Source: Mycobacteriales bacterium (GTDB lineage: Bacteria; Actinomycetota; Actinomycetes; JADGOV01). From it: a stretch of DNA of 64,000 nucleotides. The notes under the pieces are model-generated. The model did not search any database and was not told the DNA's origin. It saw only the letters and a program-made list of their open reading frames with translations. Every line of letters begins with the position of its first letter. The first letter of the stretch is position 1. Shown in pieces: positions 21,920-32,546 of this stretch. The translations under genes and the position numbers were made by a program. The stretch spans positions 6,339-70,338 of the forward strand of contig JBBSIN010000003.1 in assembly GCA_038232055.1 (NCBI GenBank). The letters run 5' to 3'.

Positions 21920-23480
21920 CAAGCCACTTCCGGGTAGCCGGTTGGTCGAGCCCTGCCCACACCGCGGAAAAGGCGTGCCGCGCGACGTCAGCCGCCGCCC
22001 GCTCCCGGGCAGCGAGAAGCCCGAGGACGAAGGCGACCGGGGCGGGGGCATCGCCGGTGACGACCCGGCGGATCACCGCCTCGGCGACGACGGCGTCGTG
22101 GTGCTCGCCGAGCACCTCCTGCACGTCCGTGACCTGCTTGGCGAAGCGTCGGGCCGGCTTGCCGAGCACCGGCGCCGCGAGCTCCGCGGCGTAACGAGTG
22201 CGCTTGGCGAAGATGCGGGCCCGATGGAAGTCCTCGTCGGGGGAGTCGTCACCGAGCCGCCCGGCGCGCTTGGCGAGCGCACGCCACGCTGCCGAGACGA
22301 GTGCCGGTACGACGCTCTTGGCGGTGTCGTCGGCGGCCGCCGTCACCGGCGCCGCGGTCGCCGAAGTGACGAGCTGCTCTACCAGCCTGCGGTAGCGGCG
22401 ACTGCGCAACGCGGCCGACACCGCCCTCGAAGCGGCGGTCATCTCCACGGCGACGGCTGTGGCGAGGAACTCCGCGGCCGCAACGGTGTCGACGCCGGTT
22501 TGCGCCAGTTCGTCCAGGTGTCTGCGCAGTCTGGCGAGGAGGACCTCCCGGTCGCGCACTTCGCCCAGCACGTCGGCGATCCACGCCAGCTCGACCGACA
22601 AGGTGGCCGCCCACTCCTCGTCGAGCAGCGGGCGGAACGTGCGCAGCGTGCTCCTGAGCCGCCGGGCGGCGACCCGCATCTGGTGCACGGAGTCCGGTGC
22701 GTCGCGGCGTACGCCGACGTCGCTGGCCATGAAAGCGCGGGTGTTGGTACGCAAGTGGGAGACGATGGCCGCACCGGCGGTGACACCTCGCCGCGGCTTC
22801 GCGGCAAGCGGCGGCTCCGGATCCCCGCGGGCTGCCGGCCCGAGTGCGCGCACGGCCTTCGGCGTCTGGTCGGTCTCGGCGGCGCCGTTGGCCGTCAGCT
22901 TCGCCGACACGTCGGCGATCAGCGCCCCGGGATCGTCGACGTCGGCAGCGGCCTCCACCTCGATCTCGCGGAACGACGAGGTGGCGTTGCCCGAACTGTC
23001 GACCACCCGAACCTCGTCGTCGACGATCTCACCAACCACGTCACCTGCTGGGCCGAGCAGCGCCCGAGTGATCCGGGTGGTCTCCAGGGTGGCGACTCTG
23101 CGCAGCGCTTCCGCCCGGGTGTAGACCTGCACGAGGTTGCGCAGCTCGGCCGGCGGCACCCGTGCGCCGCTGCTGACCCGGATTTCGTCCCGGTCGCCCA
23201 CCCGGCGGGGCAGCTTGAGGTGCCAGCCGTCGTCTCCACCGCCGCTGCGCCGACGCAAGGTGATGCCCTCGCGAGCCAACCGGAGGTCCGGCGTGTCGAA
23301 GTAGAGCGTGCGCATCTCGGTCGTGCGTGCCTGGGTCAGACCCCCGACGAGACCCGAGGAAAGGTCGTCGGGTACGACGAAATCCTCCGGTACGGCGAAC
23401 TTCGTCTCGATCTCCCGGACCGTGACCACCGAGGCGTCGTCGGCAGGCCTTCGCTTCGGTGTCCGGTCAGACATTGGCAA
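21912..23480 (-). CDS. CYTH-CHAD domain protein (triphosphate tunnel metalloenzyme + polyphosphate-associated CHAD)
   Basis: [10 protein letters not shown] ExExK CYTH signature at the N-terminus. The helical His/Arg-rich C-terminal half ([28 protein letters not shown]) is typical of CHAD. Confidence 0.85.
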   Translation of the reverse strand: MPMSDRTPKRRPADDASVVTVREIETKFAVPEDFVVPDDLSSGLVGGLTQARTTEMRTLYFDTPDLRLAREGITLRRRSGGGDDGWHLKLPRRVGDRDEIRVSSGARVPPAELRNLVQVYTRAEALRRVATLETTRITRALLGPAGDVVGEIVDDEVRVVDSSGNATSSFREIEVEAAADVDDPGALIADVSAKLTANGAAETDQTPKAVRALGPAARGDPEPPLAAKPRRGVTAGAAIVSHLRTNTRAFMASDVGVRRDAPDSVHQMRVAARRLRSTLRTFRPLLDEEWAATLSVELAWIADVLGEVRDREVLLARLRRHLDELAQTGVDTVAAAEFLATAVAVEMTAASRAVSAALRSRRYRRLVEQLVTSATAAPVTAAADDTAKSVVPALVSAAWRALAKRAGRLGDDSPDEDFHRARIFAKRTRYAAELAAPVLGKPARRFAKQVTDVQEVLGEHHDAVVAEAVIRRVVTGDAPAPVAFVLGLLAARERAAADVARHAFSAVWAGLDQPATRKWLGA

Positions 23481-25542
23481 CCTCCCGCTGCTTGTTCCGG
23501 CGCAGGGTGACCTCCTGGTAGTCCGCTCCGGGCACGCGCGTCCACTCGCCGTCGGGTTCGAGGTGCCAGGACGATACGTCGTCGGACATGGCGAGGGAGA
23601 GAATCTGGCGCAGGTCGCGCCGGGCGCCCGGGTCGGTGACCCGCACCAGGGCCTCCACCCGGCGGTCGAGGTTGCGATGCATGACGTCGGCGCTGCCGAT
23701 CCATACCTCGTCGTCGTCGCCGGCCCGGAACCGGAAGATGCGCGAGTGCTCCAGGAAGCGACCGAGCAGGCTGCGCACGCGGATCGTCTCGGAGAGCCCC
23801 GCTACGCCCGGGCGAAGGGCGCACATGCCACGCACCACCAGGTCGATTTCCACACCCTGGCGGGCCGCGTCGTACAGCGCGTCGATGACGACCTCGTCGA
23901 CGAGGCTGTTGACCTTGATCTGGATGCTGGCCGTTCGCCCGGCGACGTGCGCGGCGGCCGCTTCGTCGATGCGCTCGACGAGTCCGCCGCGCAGAGTGGC
24001 GGGCGCCACGAGCAGCGTGCGGTAGTCCCTGTGTCGGGAGTAACCGGAGAGCCGGTTGAACAGGTCCGTGATGTCGGCGCCGATGGCCGGGTCGGCGGTC
24101 AGCAGGCCAAGGTCTTCGTAGGTGCGAGCCGTCTTGGGGTTGTAGTTGCCGGTGCCGATGTGCGCGTAACGGCGGATGCCGTCACCTTCCTGGCGGACGA
24201 CGAGGCAGAGCTTGCAGTGGGTCTTGAGGCCGACGAGGCCGTAGACGACGTGGCAACCAGCCTGCTCGAGGGCTCTGGCCCAGCGAATGTTGGCTTGTTC
24301 GTCGAACCGCGCCTTGATCTCCACTAGGACGACGACTTGCTTCCCCGCCTGTGCCGCGCCGATCAAAGCGTCGACGATCGGTGAGTCACCGCTGGTGCGA
24401 TACAGCGTCTGCTTGATGGCGAGCACATCGGGATCCAGCGCCGCCTGCTCGACAAAGGCCTGCACGCTGGTGGCGAACGAGTCGTAGGGATGGTGGATGA
24501 GGACGTCACCCTGTCGCAGCGCCGCGAAGAAGTCGGCCGGCGTCCCGGCGGCCTCTGCCTCGGCGAGGCGCGGGTGCGTCGCCGGAACGAAAGAGGAGAA
24601 CCTGAGGTCGCTGCGGTCGAGGTCCGCGATGGCACCAAGGCCCGAGAGGGCCAGCAGGCCCGGGATCCGGTAGACCTCCGCCTCCCCCACGTCGAGCTCG
24701 CGGACCAGCAACGCCAGGACCCGCGGCTCCATGGACTGCTCGACCTCGAGGCGTACCGGAGGCCCGAAGCGGCGACGCAGCAGCTCGCGCTCGAGTGCCT
24801 GGAGGAGGTTCTCGGCGTCGTCCTCCTCCACCTCCACGTCCGCGTTGCGGGTCACTCGGAAGGTGTGCGCCCGCACGATCTCCATGCCGGAGAACAGCTG
24901 GTCGAGGTGCGGGCAGATCACATCCTCGAGCGGGACGAAACGTTGCGGGCGGACCTGGACGAAGCGGGCGAGCAGCGGTGGCACCTTGACCCGCGCGAAG
25001 TGCTCGGTGCCGGTCTCGGGGTGCCGGACGACCACGGCGAGGTTGAGCGAGAGCCCCGAGATGTACGGGAAGGGGTGCGCCGGGTCGACCGCGAGCGGCG
25101 TCAGCACTGGATGGATTCGCTCCCGGTAGAGCCGGTGCAGCTCGGCACGCTCGTCGTCCTCGAGGGCGCCCCAGCGAAGGATCTCGATGCCCTCAGCGGC
25201 CAGGCGGGGGACGACCTCATCCTGGAACACCGCCGCGTGCCGGACGCACAGCTCGTGCACCCGGGCGGAAATGCGCTCGAGCTGCTCGCGCGGTCGTAGG
25301 CCGCTGGCGCTCGTGACCGCGAGCCCGGTGGCGATCCGCCTGGCCAGCCCGGCGACTCGCACCATGAAGAACTCGTCCAGCCCGCGCGCGAAGATGGCGA
25401 GGAACCGGACCCGTTCGAGCAGAGGCATGCCGTCCTCTGCGGCCAGCTCGAGCACGCGCTCGTTGAAGCTCAGCCACGACAGCTCGCGGTCGAGGAAACG
25501 CTCCGCCGGCAGGAGGACACGCTCGGCGGAGTCGCGGCTCAC
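23467..25542 (-). CDS. ppk: Polyphosphate kinase 1
   Basis: [15 protein letters not shown]-terminus, HCKLCLVVR and [11 protein letters not shown] motifs, 691 aa. Confidence 0.95.
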   Translation of the reverse strand: MSRDSAERVLLPAERFLDRELSWLSFNERVLELAAEDGMPLLERVRFLAIFARGLDEFFMVRVAGLARRIATGLAVTSASGLRPREQLERISARVHELCVRHAAVFQDEVVPRLAAEGIEILRWGALEDDERAELHRLYRERIHPVLTPLAVDPAHPFPYISGLSLNLAVVVRHPETGTEHFARVKVPPLLARFVQVRPQRFVPLEDVICPHLDQLFSGMEIVRAHTFRVTRNADVEVEEDDAENLLQALERELLRRRFGPPVRLEVEQSMEPRVLALLVRELDVGEAEVYRIPGLLALSGLGAIADLDRSDLRFSSFVPATHPRLAEAEAAGTPADFFAALRQGDVLIHHPYDSFATSVQAFVEQAALDPDVLAIKQTLYRTSGDSPIVDALIGAAQAGKQVVVLVEIKARFDEQANIRWARALEQAGCHVVYGLVGLKTHCKLCLVVRQEGDGIRRYAHIGTGNYNPKTARTYEDLGLLTADPAIGADITDLFNRLSGYSRHRDYRTLLVAPATLRGGLVERIDEAAAAHVAGRTASIQIKVNSLVDEVVIDALYDAARQGVEIDLVVRGMCALRPGVAGLSETIRVRSLLGRFLEHSRIFRFRAGDDDEVWIGSADVMHRNLDRRVEALVRVTDPGARRDLRQILSLAMSDDVSSWHLEPDGEWTRVPGADYQEVTLRRNKQREVANV

Positions 25543-26180
25543 TGGCGCTCGCCGGTGACCAGGTAGACGACGCGTCGTGCCACGGAGACGGCGTGGTCGG
25601 CGAAGCGCTCGAAGTACCGGCCGGCGAGTGCGATGTCGATCGTGGTCTCGACGCCGTACGGCCAGTCCTCGTCGAGCATGACGGTGAACAGACGGCGGTG
25701 CAGCTCGTCCATCACGTCATCGTCGCGCTCGAGCTCCTTGGCCTGCTCTACATCGCGCGTCGCGATGACGGTGCCCGCTTTGGTCGTGATTCGTTCGGCG
25801 ACCTGCGCCATCTCCAGGATGGTGTCGCGTAGCTCGGCCGGAACGGCCGAGTCGGGATAGCGGCGGCGGGCCTGCTTCGCGATGTGCAGGGCCAGATCGC
25901 CGGATCGCTCCAGATCCGCCACCATACGAAGGCTCGTGACGATCACCCGCAGGTCGCTGGCCACCGGCTGCTGACGAGCGAGCAGCTCGAAGCAGCGCTT
26001 CTCGATGTCGTGGTAGACGGCGTCGACCGTCTCGTCACCATCGATCACCGTCTCGGCCAGTGCGAGGTCGGCGTCGAGGAGGGCGGAGCTCGCCCGCCGC
26101 ATGGCACCGGAGACCAGCTGCGTCATGTCGACGAGCAGAGCGGTGATCTCGCTGAGCTCGACGTGGTAGCTGTCACGCAC
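25539..26180 (-). CDS. phoU: Phosphate signalling regulator PhoU
   Basis: GTG start preceded by AAGGAG. Two PhoU repeats (DDAVYHDIE-like, [25 protein letters not shown]). The stop overlaps the ppk start by 4 nt. Confidence 0.9.
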   Translation of the reverse strand: MRDSYHVELSEITALLVDMTQLVSGAMRRASSALLDADLALAETVIDGDETVDAVYHDIEKRCFELLARQQPVASDLRVIVTSLRMVADLERSGDLALHIAKQARRRYPDSAVPAELRDTILEMAQVAERITTKAGTVIATRDVEQAKELERDDDVMDELHRRLFTVMLDEDWPYGVETTIDIALAGRYFERFADHAVSVARRVVYLVTGERQ

Positions 26181-26340
26181 GGGGTTCTCCTTCCGCTTCC
26201 GTTCCGACCATAACTGCGGGACAGGGGGCCGACTAGCGCTCACATGACGGGGCGGGAACGCCCAGGTGAACACTTGGCGACGGGACGAAGCGAACCCGCG
26301 AAGACCCGCGCCGGCGCTGCCGCGACCGTATCCTGAACGC

Positions 26341-27495
26341 ATGCCGCGTCTGCTCAGCCGGAGAGCACGCATCGATGGCTTCTCCGGCGATGTGGCGCCC
26401 GAGGCGCACTCCGACATCGTCGCCGTCCTCGACACCGTGGCCGCCGTACTCGACTCCGGGGTCGTCCTGCTCGACGGCTACGACGTCATCCTGGCCAATG
26501 ACGCCGCTCTCGCGCTGCGAGTGGTGCGCCGTACGTCGTTGACCTCCCCCCTGCTGTCTCGACTCGTCCGCGAGGCGCGCCGTGAGGGGAACCGCATCGA
26601 GGAGGAGGTGGAGCTGCCGTGGGGCGCCGGCTGGCGCTCGGTGGCTGTGACGGTCGCGCCGGTCGTCGGCACCCAGCGGGTGGTCGTGCTGCTTCGCGAC
26701 CTCACCGAGGCCCGGCGGGTGGAGGCGGTGCGCCGCGACTTCGTGGCCAGCGTGTCGCACGAGCTGAAGACCCCCGTGGGTGGCCTGCTGCTGCTCGCCG
26801 AGGCGGTGCGGGAGGCCGTCGACGACCCGGAGGCGACGCTGCGCTTCGCCAACCGCATGGTCCACGAGGCCGACCGGTTGTCGCGACTCGTCCATGACCT
26901 CATCGACCTCTCCCGCATCCAGGGCGGCGACCCGTTGCCGGCCCCCGGTCTGGTGGGCGTGCAGGAGCTGCTCGGCGATGCGGTTGACCGTGTCCGCGTC
27001 TCGGCCGACGCCGCCGGCATCGAGATCGCCGTCGCCGACTGTGCCGATCTCCAGCTGTGGGGCGACGAGCGGTCGCTGTGCACGGCGCTGTCCAACCTGC
27101 TCGACAACGCCCTCAACTACTCCACGAGGGGCAGCCGAGTGGCGATCGGTGCCCGACTCGCCAGTCATGACGGAGGCGAGGAGGTCGAGCTCTTCGTCGC
27201 CGACCAGGGCATCGGCATAGCCCAGCCCGATCTCGAGCGGGTCTTCGAGCGGTTCTACCGCACCGATCCGGCGAGGTCGCGCCGTACCGGGGGCAACGGC
27301 TTGGGGCTCTCGATCGTCAAGCACATCATCGAGAACTCCGGCGGCCGGATCAGCGTGTGGAGCCAGGTCGGAGTGGGCTCCACGTTCACCCTGCACCTGC
27401 CGACGCCGTCGGAGTCCGCCGGTGGCCTGCAGGAGCCGGTTGCCCTGCCGGAGCCGGTTGCCCCGCGGCAGCTGGAGGCCTCGGAGACCGCATGA
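26341..27495 (+). CDS. senX3: Phosphate-responsive sensor histidine kinase (SenX3/PhoR-like), with no predicted TM segment
   Basis: RRDFVASVSHELKTPV H-box, LLDNALNYS N-box, DQGIGI and GGNGLGLSIVKHI G-boxes. The N-terminal region is PAS-like. It is divergent from phoU and coupled to regX3 (ATGA). Confidence 0.85.
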   Translation: MPRLLSRRARIDGFSGDVAPEAHSDIVAVLDTVAAVLDSGVVLLDGYDVILANDAALALRVVRRTSLTSPLLSRLVREARREGNRIEEEVELPWGAGWRSVAVTVAPVVGTQRVVVLLRDLTEARRVEAVRRDFVASVSHELKTPVGGLLLLAEAVREAVDDPEATLRFANRMVHEADRLSRLVHDLIDLSRIQGGDPLPAPGLVGVQELLGDAVDRVRVSADAAGIEIAVADCADLQLWGDERSLCTALSNLLDNALNYSTRGSRVAIGARLASHDGGEEVELFVADQGIGIAQPDLERVFERFYRTDPARSRRTGGNGLGLSIVKHIIENSGGRISVWSQVGVGSTFTLHLPTPSESAGGLQEPVALPEPVAPRQLEASETA

Positions 27496-28178
27496 CACGT
27501 CTGCTGGTCATCGAGGACGAGGAGTCCTTCTCGGGCACCTTGCAGTACATGCTCAGGCGGGAGGGCTTCGAGGTTGCGGTAGCGGCCACCGGGCCGGCCG
27601 GTCTGGCCGAGTTCGACCGCAACGGCGCGGATCTCGTGGTCCTGGACCTCATGCTGCCCGGCCTGCCCGGCACCGAGGTCTGCCGCAACCTGCGCGGGCG
27701 AAGCGACGTACCGGTCATCATGCTCACCGCGCGCGACGGTGAGGTGGACAAGGTGGTCGGTCTCGAGCTCGGTGCCGACGACTACGTCACCAAGCCCTTC
27801 TCCAGCCGGGAGCTGGTCGCGCGGATCCGAGCAGTGCTGCGCCGTCGTACGGACACCGCCGAGGCGCCCTCCGGCGCGGCCGCCCTGGAGGCAGGCCCGG
27901 TGCGGGTCGACGTCGAGCGGCACGTCGTCACGGTGGCCGGCGAGGCGGTGAGCCTCCCGCTCAAGGAGTTCGAGCTCCTCGAGCTGCTGCTCCGCAACGC
28001 CGGTCGGGTCCTGACCAGGGGACAGCTCATCGACCGGGTCTGGGGCAGCGACTACGTCGGTGACACCAAGACCCTGGACGTGCACGTCAAGCGGTTGCGG
28101 GCGAAGGTCGAGGCCGACCCTTCGTCTCCGCGTCACCTGGTGACGATCCGCGGCCTCGGCTACAAGTTCGAGCCCTGA
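27492..28178 (+). CDS. regX3: OmpR-family response regulator RegX3
   Basis: MTRLLVIEDEESF..DLVVLDLMLPG..LTARD..ELGADDYVTKPFS..GDTKTLDVHVKRLRAKVE..VRGLGYKFEP is nearly collinear with mycobacterial RegX3. Confidence 0.9.
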   Translation: MTRLLVIEDEESFSGTLQYMLRREGFEVAVAATGPAGLAEFDRNGADLVVLDLMLPGLPGTEVCRNLRGRSDVPVIMLTARDGEVDKVVGLELGADDYVTKPFSSRELVARIRAVLRRRTDTAEAPSGAAALEAGPVRVDVERHVVTVAGEAVSLPLKEFELLELLLRNAGRVLTRGQLIDRVWGSDYVGDTKTLDVHVKRLRAKVEADPSSPRHLVTIRGLGYKFEP

Positions 28179-28188
28179 GCGGAGCGGC

Positions 28189-29121
28189 TCACGTCCCGCC
28201 GAGCCAGTCCATCCGCCGCAGGATGACGCCTTCGCGAAGCGCCCACGGGCACAGCTCCAGCTCGTCGACGTCGAAGGCCTCCATCGCGGCGGCGGCCACG
28301 ACGGCACCGGCCGGCAGCTGCCCAGCCCTTTCGGCGGACACGCCGGGCAGCGCAGACCGGCGGGCGGACCGCATCGTGCTGAGCTTGTCGGGCATCGCCC
28401 GAAGGTCGCTGTCGCGGAGCGTACGGCGGGCGTACGGTCCGGCGGCGTACGGCGCAGCTCCCGCGATGCGGGCGAGGGAACGGAAGGTTTTGCTGGTGCC
28501 CACCACGCGGTCCGGCGCGCCTTCCCTGGCCACCTCGCGGCCCGGACCGGCCAGCTCCTTGCGGACGTGGCGGCGCAGCTCGCGTACGGCGGAGGGCCTG
28601 GGTGGGTCACCGGGCAGCCAATCGCGGGTCAGGCGGCCGGCGCCGAGCGGCAGCGAGATGGCGACCGCGGGCTCCTCGTCCGGACCACTAGCGATCTCCA
28701 GGGAACCGCCACCGATGTCGAGGACGAGGAGCCGGCCGGCACTCCAGCCGAACCAGCGACGGACCGCGAGAAACGTCATGCGGGCTTCATCGTGACCGGA
28801 TAGGACCTGCAGGTCGACCCCTGTCTCGGTGCGCACCCGGTCGAGCACGGCGTCGACGTTCGTCGCCTCCCGCACCGCCGAGGTCGCGAACGCGACGAGG
28901 TCCTCGACGCCGAGGTCGTCGGCCGCCACCGCCGCCTTGTGCACCGCCGTGACGAGCCGCTCGGCACCCGCCTTGGACAGCGCGCCGTCGCGGCCCACGA
29001 GCTGGGCGAGGCGCAGCTCGGACTTCACCTTCGCCGCCGGAAGCGGGCACGCCCCGGCGTGCGCGTCGACGACGAGCAGGTGGACCGTGTTCGAGCCCAC
29101 GTCCAGAACGCCCAGCCGCAT
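28189..29121 (-). CDS. ppx: Exopolyphosphatase, Ppx/GppA family
   Basis: [19 protein letters not shown] and [15 protein letters not shown]-fold motifs. Confidence 0.85.
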   Translation of the reverse strand: MRLGVLDVGSNTVHLLVVDAHAGACPLPAAKVKSELRLAQLVGRDGALSKAGAERLVTAVHKAAVAADDLGVEDLVAFATSAVREATNVDAVLDRVRTETGVDLQVLSGHDEARMTFLAVRRWFGWSAGRLLVLDIGGGSLEIASGPDEEPAVAISLPLGAGRLTRDWLPGDPPRPSAVRELRRHVRKELAGPGREVAREGAPDRVVGTSKTFRSLARIAGAAPYAAGPYARRTLRDSDLRAMPDKLSTMRSARRSALPGVSAERAGQLPAGAVVAAAAMEAFDVDELELCPWALREGVILRRMDWLGGT

Positions 29122-29138
29122 GGACGAGACGGTAGCCG

Positions 29139-30062
29139 TCAGCCGCGCCGGTAACAGACGTCGACGTCCCAACGGGTGAATCCCAGTGCCTCGTAGACCG
29201 AGATGGCACGAGTGTTGGACTCGTCGACGTAAAGCATCGCCTGCGCAAGGCCTTTCGACCGAAGGTGCCGCAGGCCGACGAGTGTCAGCGCCGGGCCGAG
29301 ATGCTCTCCCTGCGCCGACGGGTCCACTCCCACGACGTAGACCTCGCCGATCGGTTCGTGTCCGTGCCGGCCCGGCTGGACGTGCTCACCGTGGACCTTC
29401 GTCCAGTGGAAGCCGACCAGCTCGCCGTCGCGCTCGGCGAGGAAGAAGCCGGCCGGGTCGAACCAGGGCTCGTGCTCCCGACGGCGCAGATCCTCGATAT
29501 CCCAGTGCCCCGGGTCGGGATGCGCTGCGAACGCGCGGTTGTTGACGTCGATCCAAGCGCTCTCGTCCTGGCCGACGACAAAGGTGCGCAGCGTCACGTC
29601 GGCCGGCAGGACGGGTGCGGGAAGCGGTGCGTAGAGCGAACGCCGCATCTGCCAGAGCACCCGCTCCCGCTGGAAACCCATCGATCGTGCCAGCGCTGCC
29701 GCCCTCGGGTTGCGGCCGTGCGCCCACAACCGCAGTCGCCCGTCCGGGGCGTCCTCGAGCAACGCCGCGACGACCTGGCGGGCCAGGCCGAGCCGTCGGT
29801 ACGCCGGCGCTACGGCAAGCTCGGCGCTCGGCCCCTCGACCGGGTCGGTGACGTCGAGGTGGGCGTAGGCCACGAGGTGGCCGTCGCAGGTGCCGAGGAC
29901 GTTGCGCACGGGTTCGTCGCCGCCGTAGCGCAGGTGCAGCATGACGTGCTCGGAGAGGGGGCGTACGCCGTCCGCCTCGGTCACCTCGTCGACGAGCCGA
30001 AAGACCTCTCGCACCTCGTCGGCGGACAGGCGCGCGCGACGCTCGATCGCCGGGTCGGCCAC
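29139..30062 (-). CDS. mshD: Mycothiol synthase (tandem GNAT)
   Basis: Two GNAT repeats ([11 protein letters not shown].., [11 protein letters not shown]..). The N-terminus [28 protein letters not shown] is typical of MshD. It neighbours a glnR-like gene as in mycobacteria. Confidence 0.8.
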   Translation of the reverse strand: MADPAIERRARLSADEVREVFRLVDEVTEADGVRPLSEHVMLHLRYGGDEPVRNVLGTCDGHLVAYAHLDVTDPVEGPSAELAVAPAYRRLGLARQVVAALLEDAPDGRLRLWAHGRNPRAAALARSMGFQRERVLWQMRRSLYAPLPAPVLPADVTLRTFVVGQDESAWIDVNNRAFAAHPDPGHWDIEDLRRREHEPWFDPAGFFLAERDGELVGFHWTKVHGEHVQPGRHGHEPIGEVYVVGVDPSAQGEHLGPALTLVGLRHLRSKGLAQAMLYVDESNTRAISVYEALGFTRWDVDVCYRRG

Positions 30063-30088
30063 CGCCTCACGCTAGTGGGCCGGCCACG

Positions 30089-30811
30089 TCACCGTCTCGC
30101 CGGCTGCTCCGCCGAAAGCGCCTTCGCAGGCGGCGTAACGAACTTGTAACCGACGTTGCGCACGGTGCCGATGGTCGTCTCATGCTCCGGACCGAGCTTC
30201 GCCCGAAGCCGCCGCACGTGGACGTCGACCGTCCGCGCACCGCCGTAGTAGTCGTAACCCCAGACCTCCTGCAGGAGCTGAGCCCGGGTGAAGACCCGAC
30301 CCGGGTGCTGCGCGAGGAACTTGAGCAGCTCGAACTCCTTGAACGTGAGGTCGAGCGAGCGCCCGCGCAGCCGGACGGCGTACGTCGTCTCGTCGATCGC
30401 CAGCTCGCCTCGGCGGATCGCACCAGCGTCGGCCATGGAGTCGACCGCGGCGGGCGCGGCCGCGCGGGACTGAGCCAGCCGAAGCCGGGCCTCGACCTCG
30501 GCCGGGCCGGCCCGGTCGAGCAGGACGTCGTCGACCGCCCACTGCGCCGAGAGGGCGACGAGCCCGCCCTCGGTCAGTACCGCGAGCAGGGGGACGGAGA
30601 GACCGGCGGCCCGCAGGACGCGGCACAGCCCCCGGGCGGCGGAGAGATCCCCGCGGGCGTCGACGATGACGGCGTCGACCGGCGGGGCGTCGAGGAGCGC
30701 GGCGGGTTCGGCCGGAGCGAGCCGCACGTCGTGGCCGAGCAGCGCCAGCGCCGGCAGGACGTCGGCCGACGACGGCGCGTCGGTCAGCAGCAGCAGCGTG
30801 GACCCGATGAG
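30089..30811 (-). CDS. glnR: GlnR-like atypical OmpR-family response regulator (start codon unresolved)
   Basis: [46 protein letters not shown] plus the winged helix [52 protein letters not shown]. There is no ATG/GTG/TTG at the conserved N-terminus. Confidence 0.7.
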   Translation of the reverse strand, partial: LIGSTLLLLTDAPSSADVLPALALLGHDVRLAPAEPAALLDAPPVDAVIVDARGDLSAARGLCRVLRAAGLSVPLLAVLTEGGLVALSAQWAVDDVLLDRAGPAEVEARLRLAQSRAAAPAAVDSMADAGAIRRGELAIDETTYAVRLRGRSLDLTFKEFELLKFLAQHPGRVFTRAQLLQEVWGYDYYGGARTVDVHVRRLRAKLGPEHETTIGTVRNVGYKFVTPPAKALSAEQPARR

Positions 30812-30826
30812 GGGAGAATAGTCACT

Positions 30827-31594
30827 ATGGCGCTTCTGCTGCCCGAGTCCGCGAGCCCGCTGGCGCTCACGACGAGCGACGGCGAGCGGCTCGACGGCGT
30901 ACACCTGCCGGGCGCGGAGCGTGACCTCGCCATCGTCGTTGCCCACGGCTTCACCGCGTCCTGGCGGCGGCCGCGCAACGTGCGGGTGGCTCGGGCACTG
31001 GCCGCGCACGCCGGCGTCGTCGCCTTCGACTTTCGTGGCCACGGGCGCTCCACTGGCCGGTGCACCGTCGGCGACCGCGAAGTACTGGACGTCGACGCGG
31101 CCGTCGCCGCCGCGCGAGGTCTCGGCTACGGACTCGTCGCCACCTGCGGCTGGTCGATGGGCGGCGCGGTCGTCCTGCGGCACGCGGCCCTGCGCCGCGG
31201 TGTCGACGCCGTCGCAAGCATCAGCGCGCCGGCCCGCTGGTTCTACCGCGGCACGACGCCGATGCGCCGCGTGCACTTCGTCATCGAGCGACGGATCGGG
31301 CGGTTGCTGGCCCGACGGCTGCTGCGCACGCGGATCGCGTCGCAGGCGTGGGACCCCGTGCCGGAGTCGCCCGAGGAGGTGGTCGGCGCTATCGCGCCCA
31401 CGCCGCTGCTGCTCGTCCATGGCGACAGCGACGGGTTCTTCCCGGTCGATCATGCGACGGCGCTCGCCGCAGCCGCCGGCCAGCCCGCCGAGCTGTGGAT
31501 CGAGCCTGGCTTCGGCCACGCCGAAGGAGCCGTGTCGGACGCCCTGCTGGACCGGATCGGCCGCCGGGTTCGCGAGCTGGTCGCTCTCCCGTGA
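30827..31594 (+). CDS. Alpha/beta hydrolase
   Basis: AHGF oxyanion region, GWSMGG nucleophile elbow, and [18 protein letters not shown] acid/His region. Confidence 0.7.
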   Translation: MALLLPESASPLALTTSDGERLDGVHLPGAERDLAIVVAHGFTASWRRPRNVRVARALAAHAGVVAFDFRGHGRSTGRCTVGDREVLDVDAAVAAARGLGYGLVATCGWSMGGAVVLRHAALRRGVDAVASISAPARWFYRGTTPMRRVHFVIERRIGRLLARRLLRTRIASQAWDPVPESPEEVVGAIAPTPLLLVHGDSDGFFPVDHATALAAAAGQPAELWIEPGFGHAEGAVSDALLDRIGRRVRELVALP

Positions 31595-31839
31595 TCACTC
31601 TTCGCTACTGGGCCGCGGCCAAGGCGGCCGCCGGCGTCGCCGACGAGACCTACGACGCCCCGACGCTCGCCGTAGCGCTCGCCACCGCGGCCGCCGCTCA
31701 CGGCGAGCGGCTCGCCGCCGTACTCGCCCGCTGTTCGTTCCTCGTCGACGGTCAGCCCGTCGGCGTGCGCCCCGCGGCCGACATTCCGCTTGCCGACGCA
31801 GCGGTGGTCGAGGTGCTGCCACCGTTCGCGGGGGGTTAG
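31591..31839 (+). CDS. MoaD/ThiS family ubiquitin-like sulfur carrier
   Basis: 82 aa. It starts [15 protein letters not shown] and ends ..[10 protein letters not shown] with the diagnostic C-terminal Gly-Gly. GTGA overlap with the upstream gene. Confidence 0.7.
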   Translation: MITLRYWAAAKAAAGVADETYDAPTLAVALATAAAAHGERLAAVLARCSFLVDGQPVGVRPAADIPLADAAVVEVLPPFAGG

Positions 31840-31844
31840 CGGCC

Positions 31845-32546
31845 ATGCGCCGGCTGCTCGCTGTACTCGTCGTGCTCGCCGTCCTGTTGGTGGCCGCCGA
31901 CCGAATCGCGGCGGCGCTGGCCGCCGGCAAGGTGGCGGCGGAGATCCAGCGGACGGTGGGCCTTCGGTCCAAGCCACACGTGCGTCTCGGCGGCTTTCCG
32001 TTCCTCACCCAGGCGTTCCGGGGTCGATACGACGACGTCCAGGTGATGGCCGACGACGTACGGACGCAGGACATCCGGGTGGCATCGATCGACGCGCAGC
32101 TGCACGGCGTACGACTTCCGCTCGCGAAGGCACTCGCCGGGTCGGTCGAGTCCGTGCCGGCGAGGACGGCAAGCTCGACGGCGCTGCTGCGCTACGCCGA
32201 CCTGTCCGCCGCGCTGCCGGACCGGCGGCTCACCCTCGCCGCCGACCACGGACGGCTGAGGTTACGCGGCTCGGTCGAGTTCCTCAGCCAGACCTACGCC
32301 GCCTCCGCGCTCGGTACTCCGCGAATTCAGGGTGACCGGGTGTCAGTAGCCCCGCGCGAGATCCAGATCGAGGCAGGGCCCGCCGGGGTGGCGACCTTGC
32401 CGGGTACGGTCGCCGGCCTGACGTTCTCCCAGCGCATCGTGCTGCCCTTCGGCCTGCGGCTGCGCTCGGTGCAAGTGCGACCGGAAGGGCTGCAAGTCAC
32501 GGCTCGCGGAAGCGACGTCGTCCTCGGCCCGATGACACGGCAGTGA
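31845..32546 (+). CDS. DUF2993 (LmeA-like) membrane-anchored protein
   Basis: N-terminal TM (LLAVLVVLAVLLVAADRIAA), followed by the GGFPFLTQAFRGRYDDVQV motif typical of DUF2993. Confidence 0.6.
   Translation: MRRLLAVLVVLAVLLVAADRIAAALAAGKVAAEIQRTVGLRSKPHVRLGGFPFLTQAFRGRYDDVQVMADDVRTQDIRVASIDAQLHGVRLPLAKALAGSVESVPARTASSTALLRYADLSAALPDRRLTLAADHGRLRLRGSVEFLSQTYAASALGTPRIQGDRVSVAPREIQIEAGPAGVATLPGTVAGLTFSQRIVLPFGLRLRSVQVRPEGLQVTARGSDVVLGPMTRQ

Noticed and set aside
26241-26271. GTTCACCTGGG / GTTCCCGCCCC-like units between phoU and senX3, plus CATTCCCTACC..GTTCCCGATAC just upstream of the DUF47-pit start (15298-15330), as additional PHO boxes
   Set aside because: The repeats are degenerate and their spacing departs from 11 nt. 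This is plausible but too weak to report as features without a position-weight-matrix scan or binding data.
26233-28610. Long minus-strand ORFs (26233-27498 and 27255-28610) antisense to senX3-regX3
   Set aside because: They are mirror-frame artefacts of high GC3 coding sequence. The plus-strand products carry complete kinase and regulator motifs, whereas the antisense products carry none.
30182-30826. 5' extension of the alpha/beta hydrolase ORF (470 aa from 30182), antisense to the glnR-like gene
   Set aside because: The extension is an antisense read of the well-conserved GlnR winged-helix region. The hydrolase similarity starts at ATG 30827.
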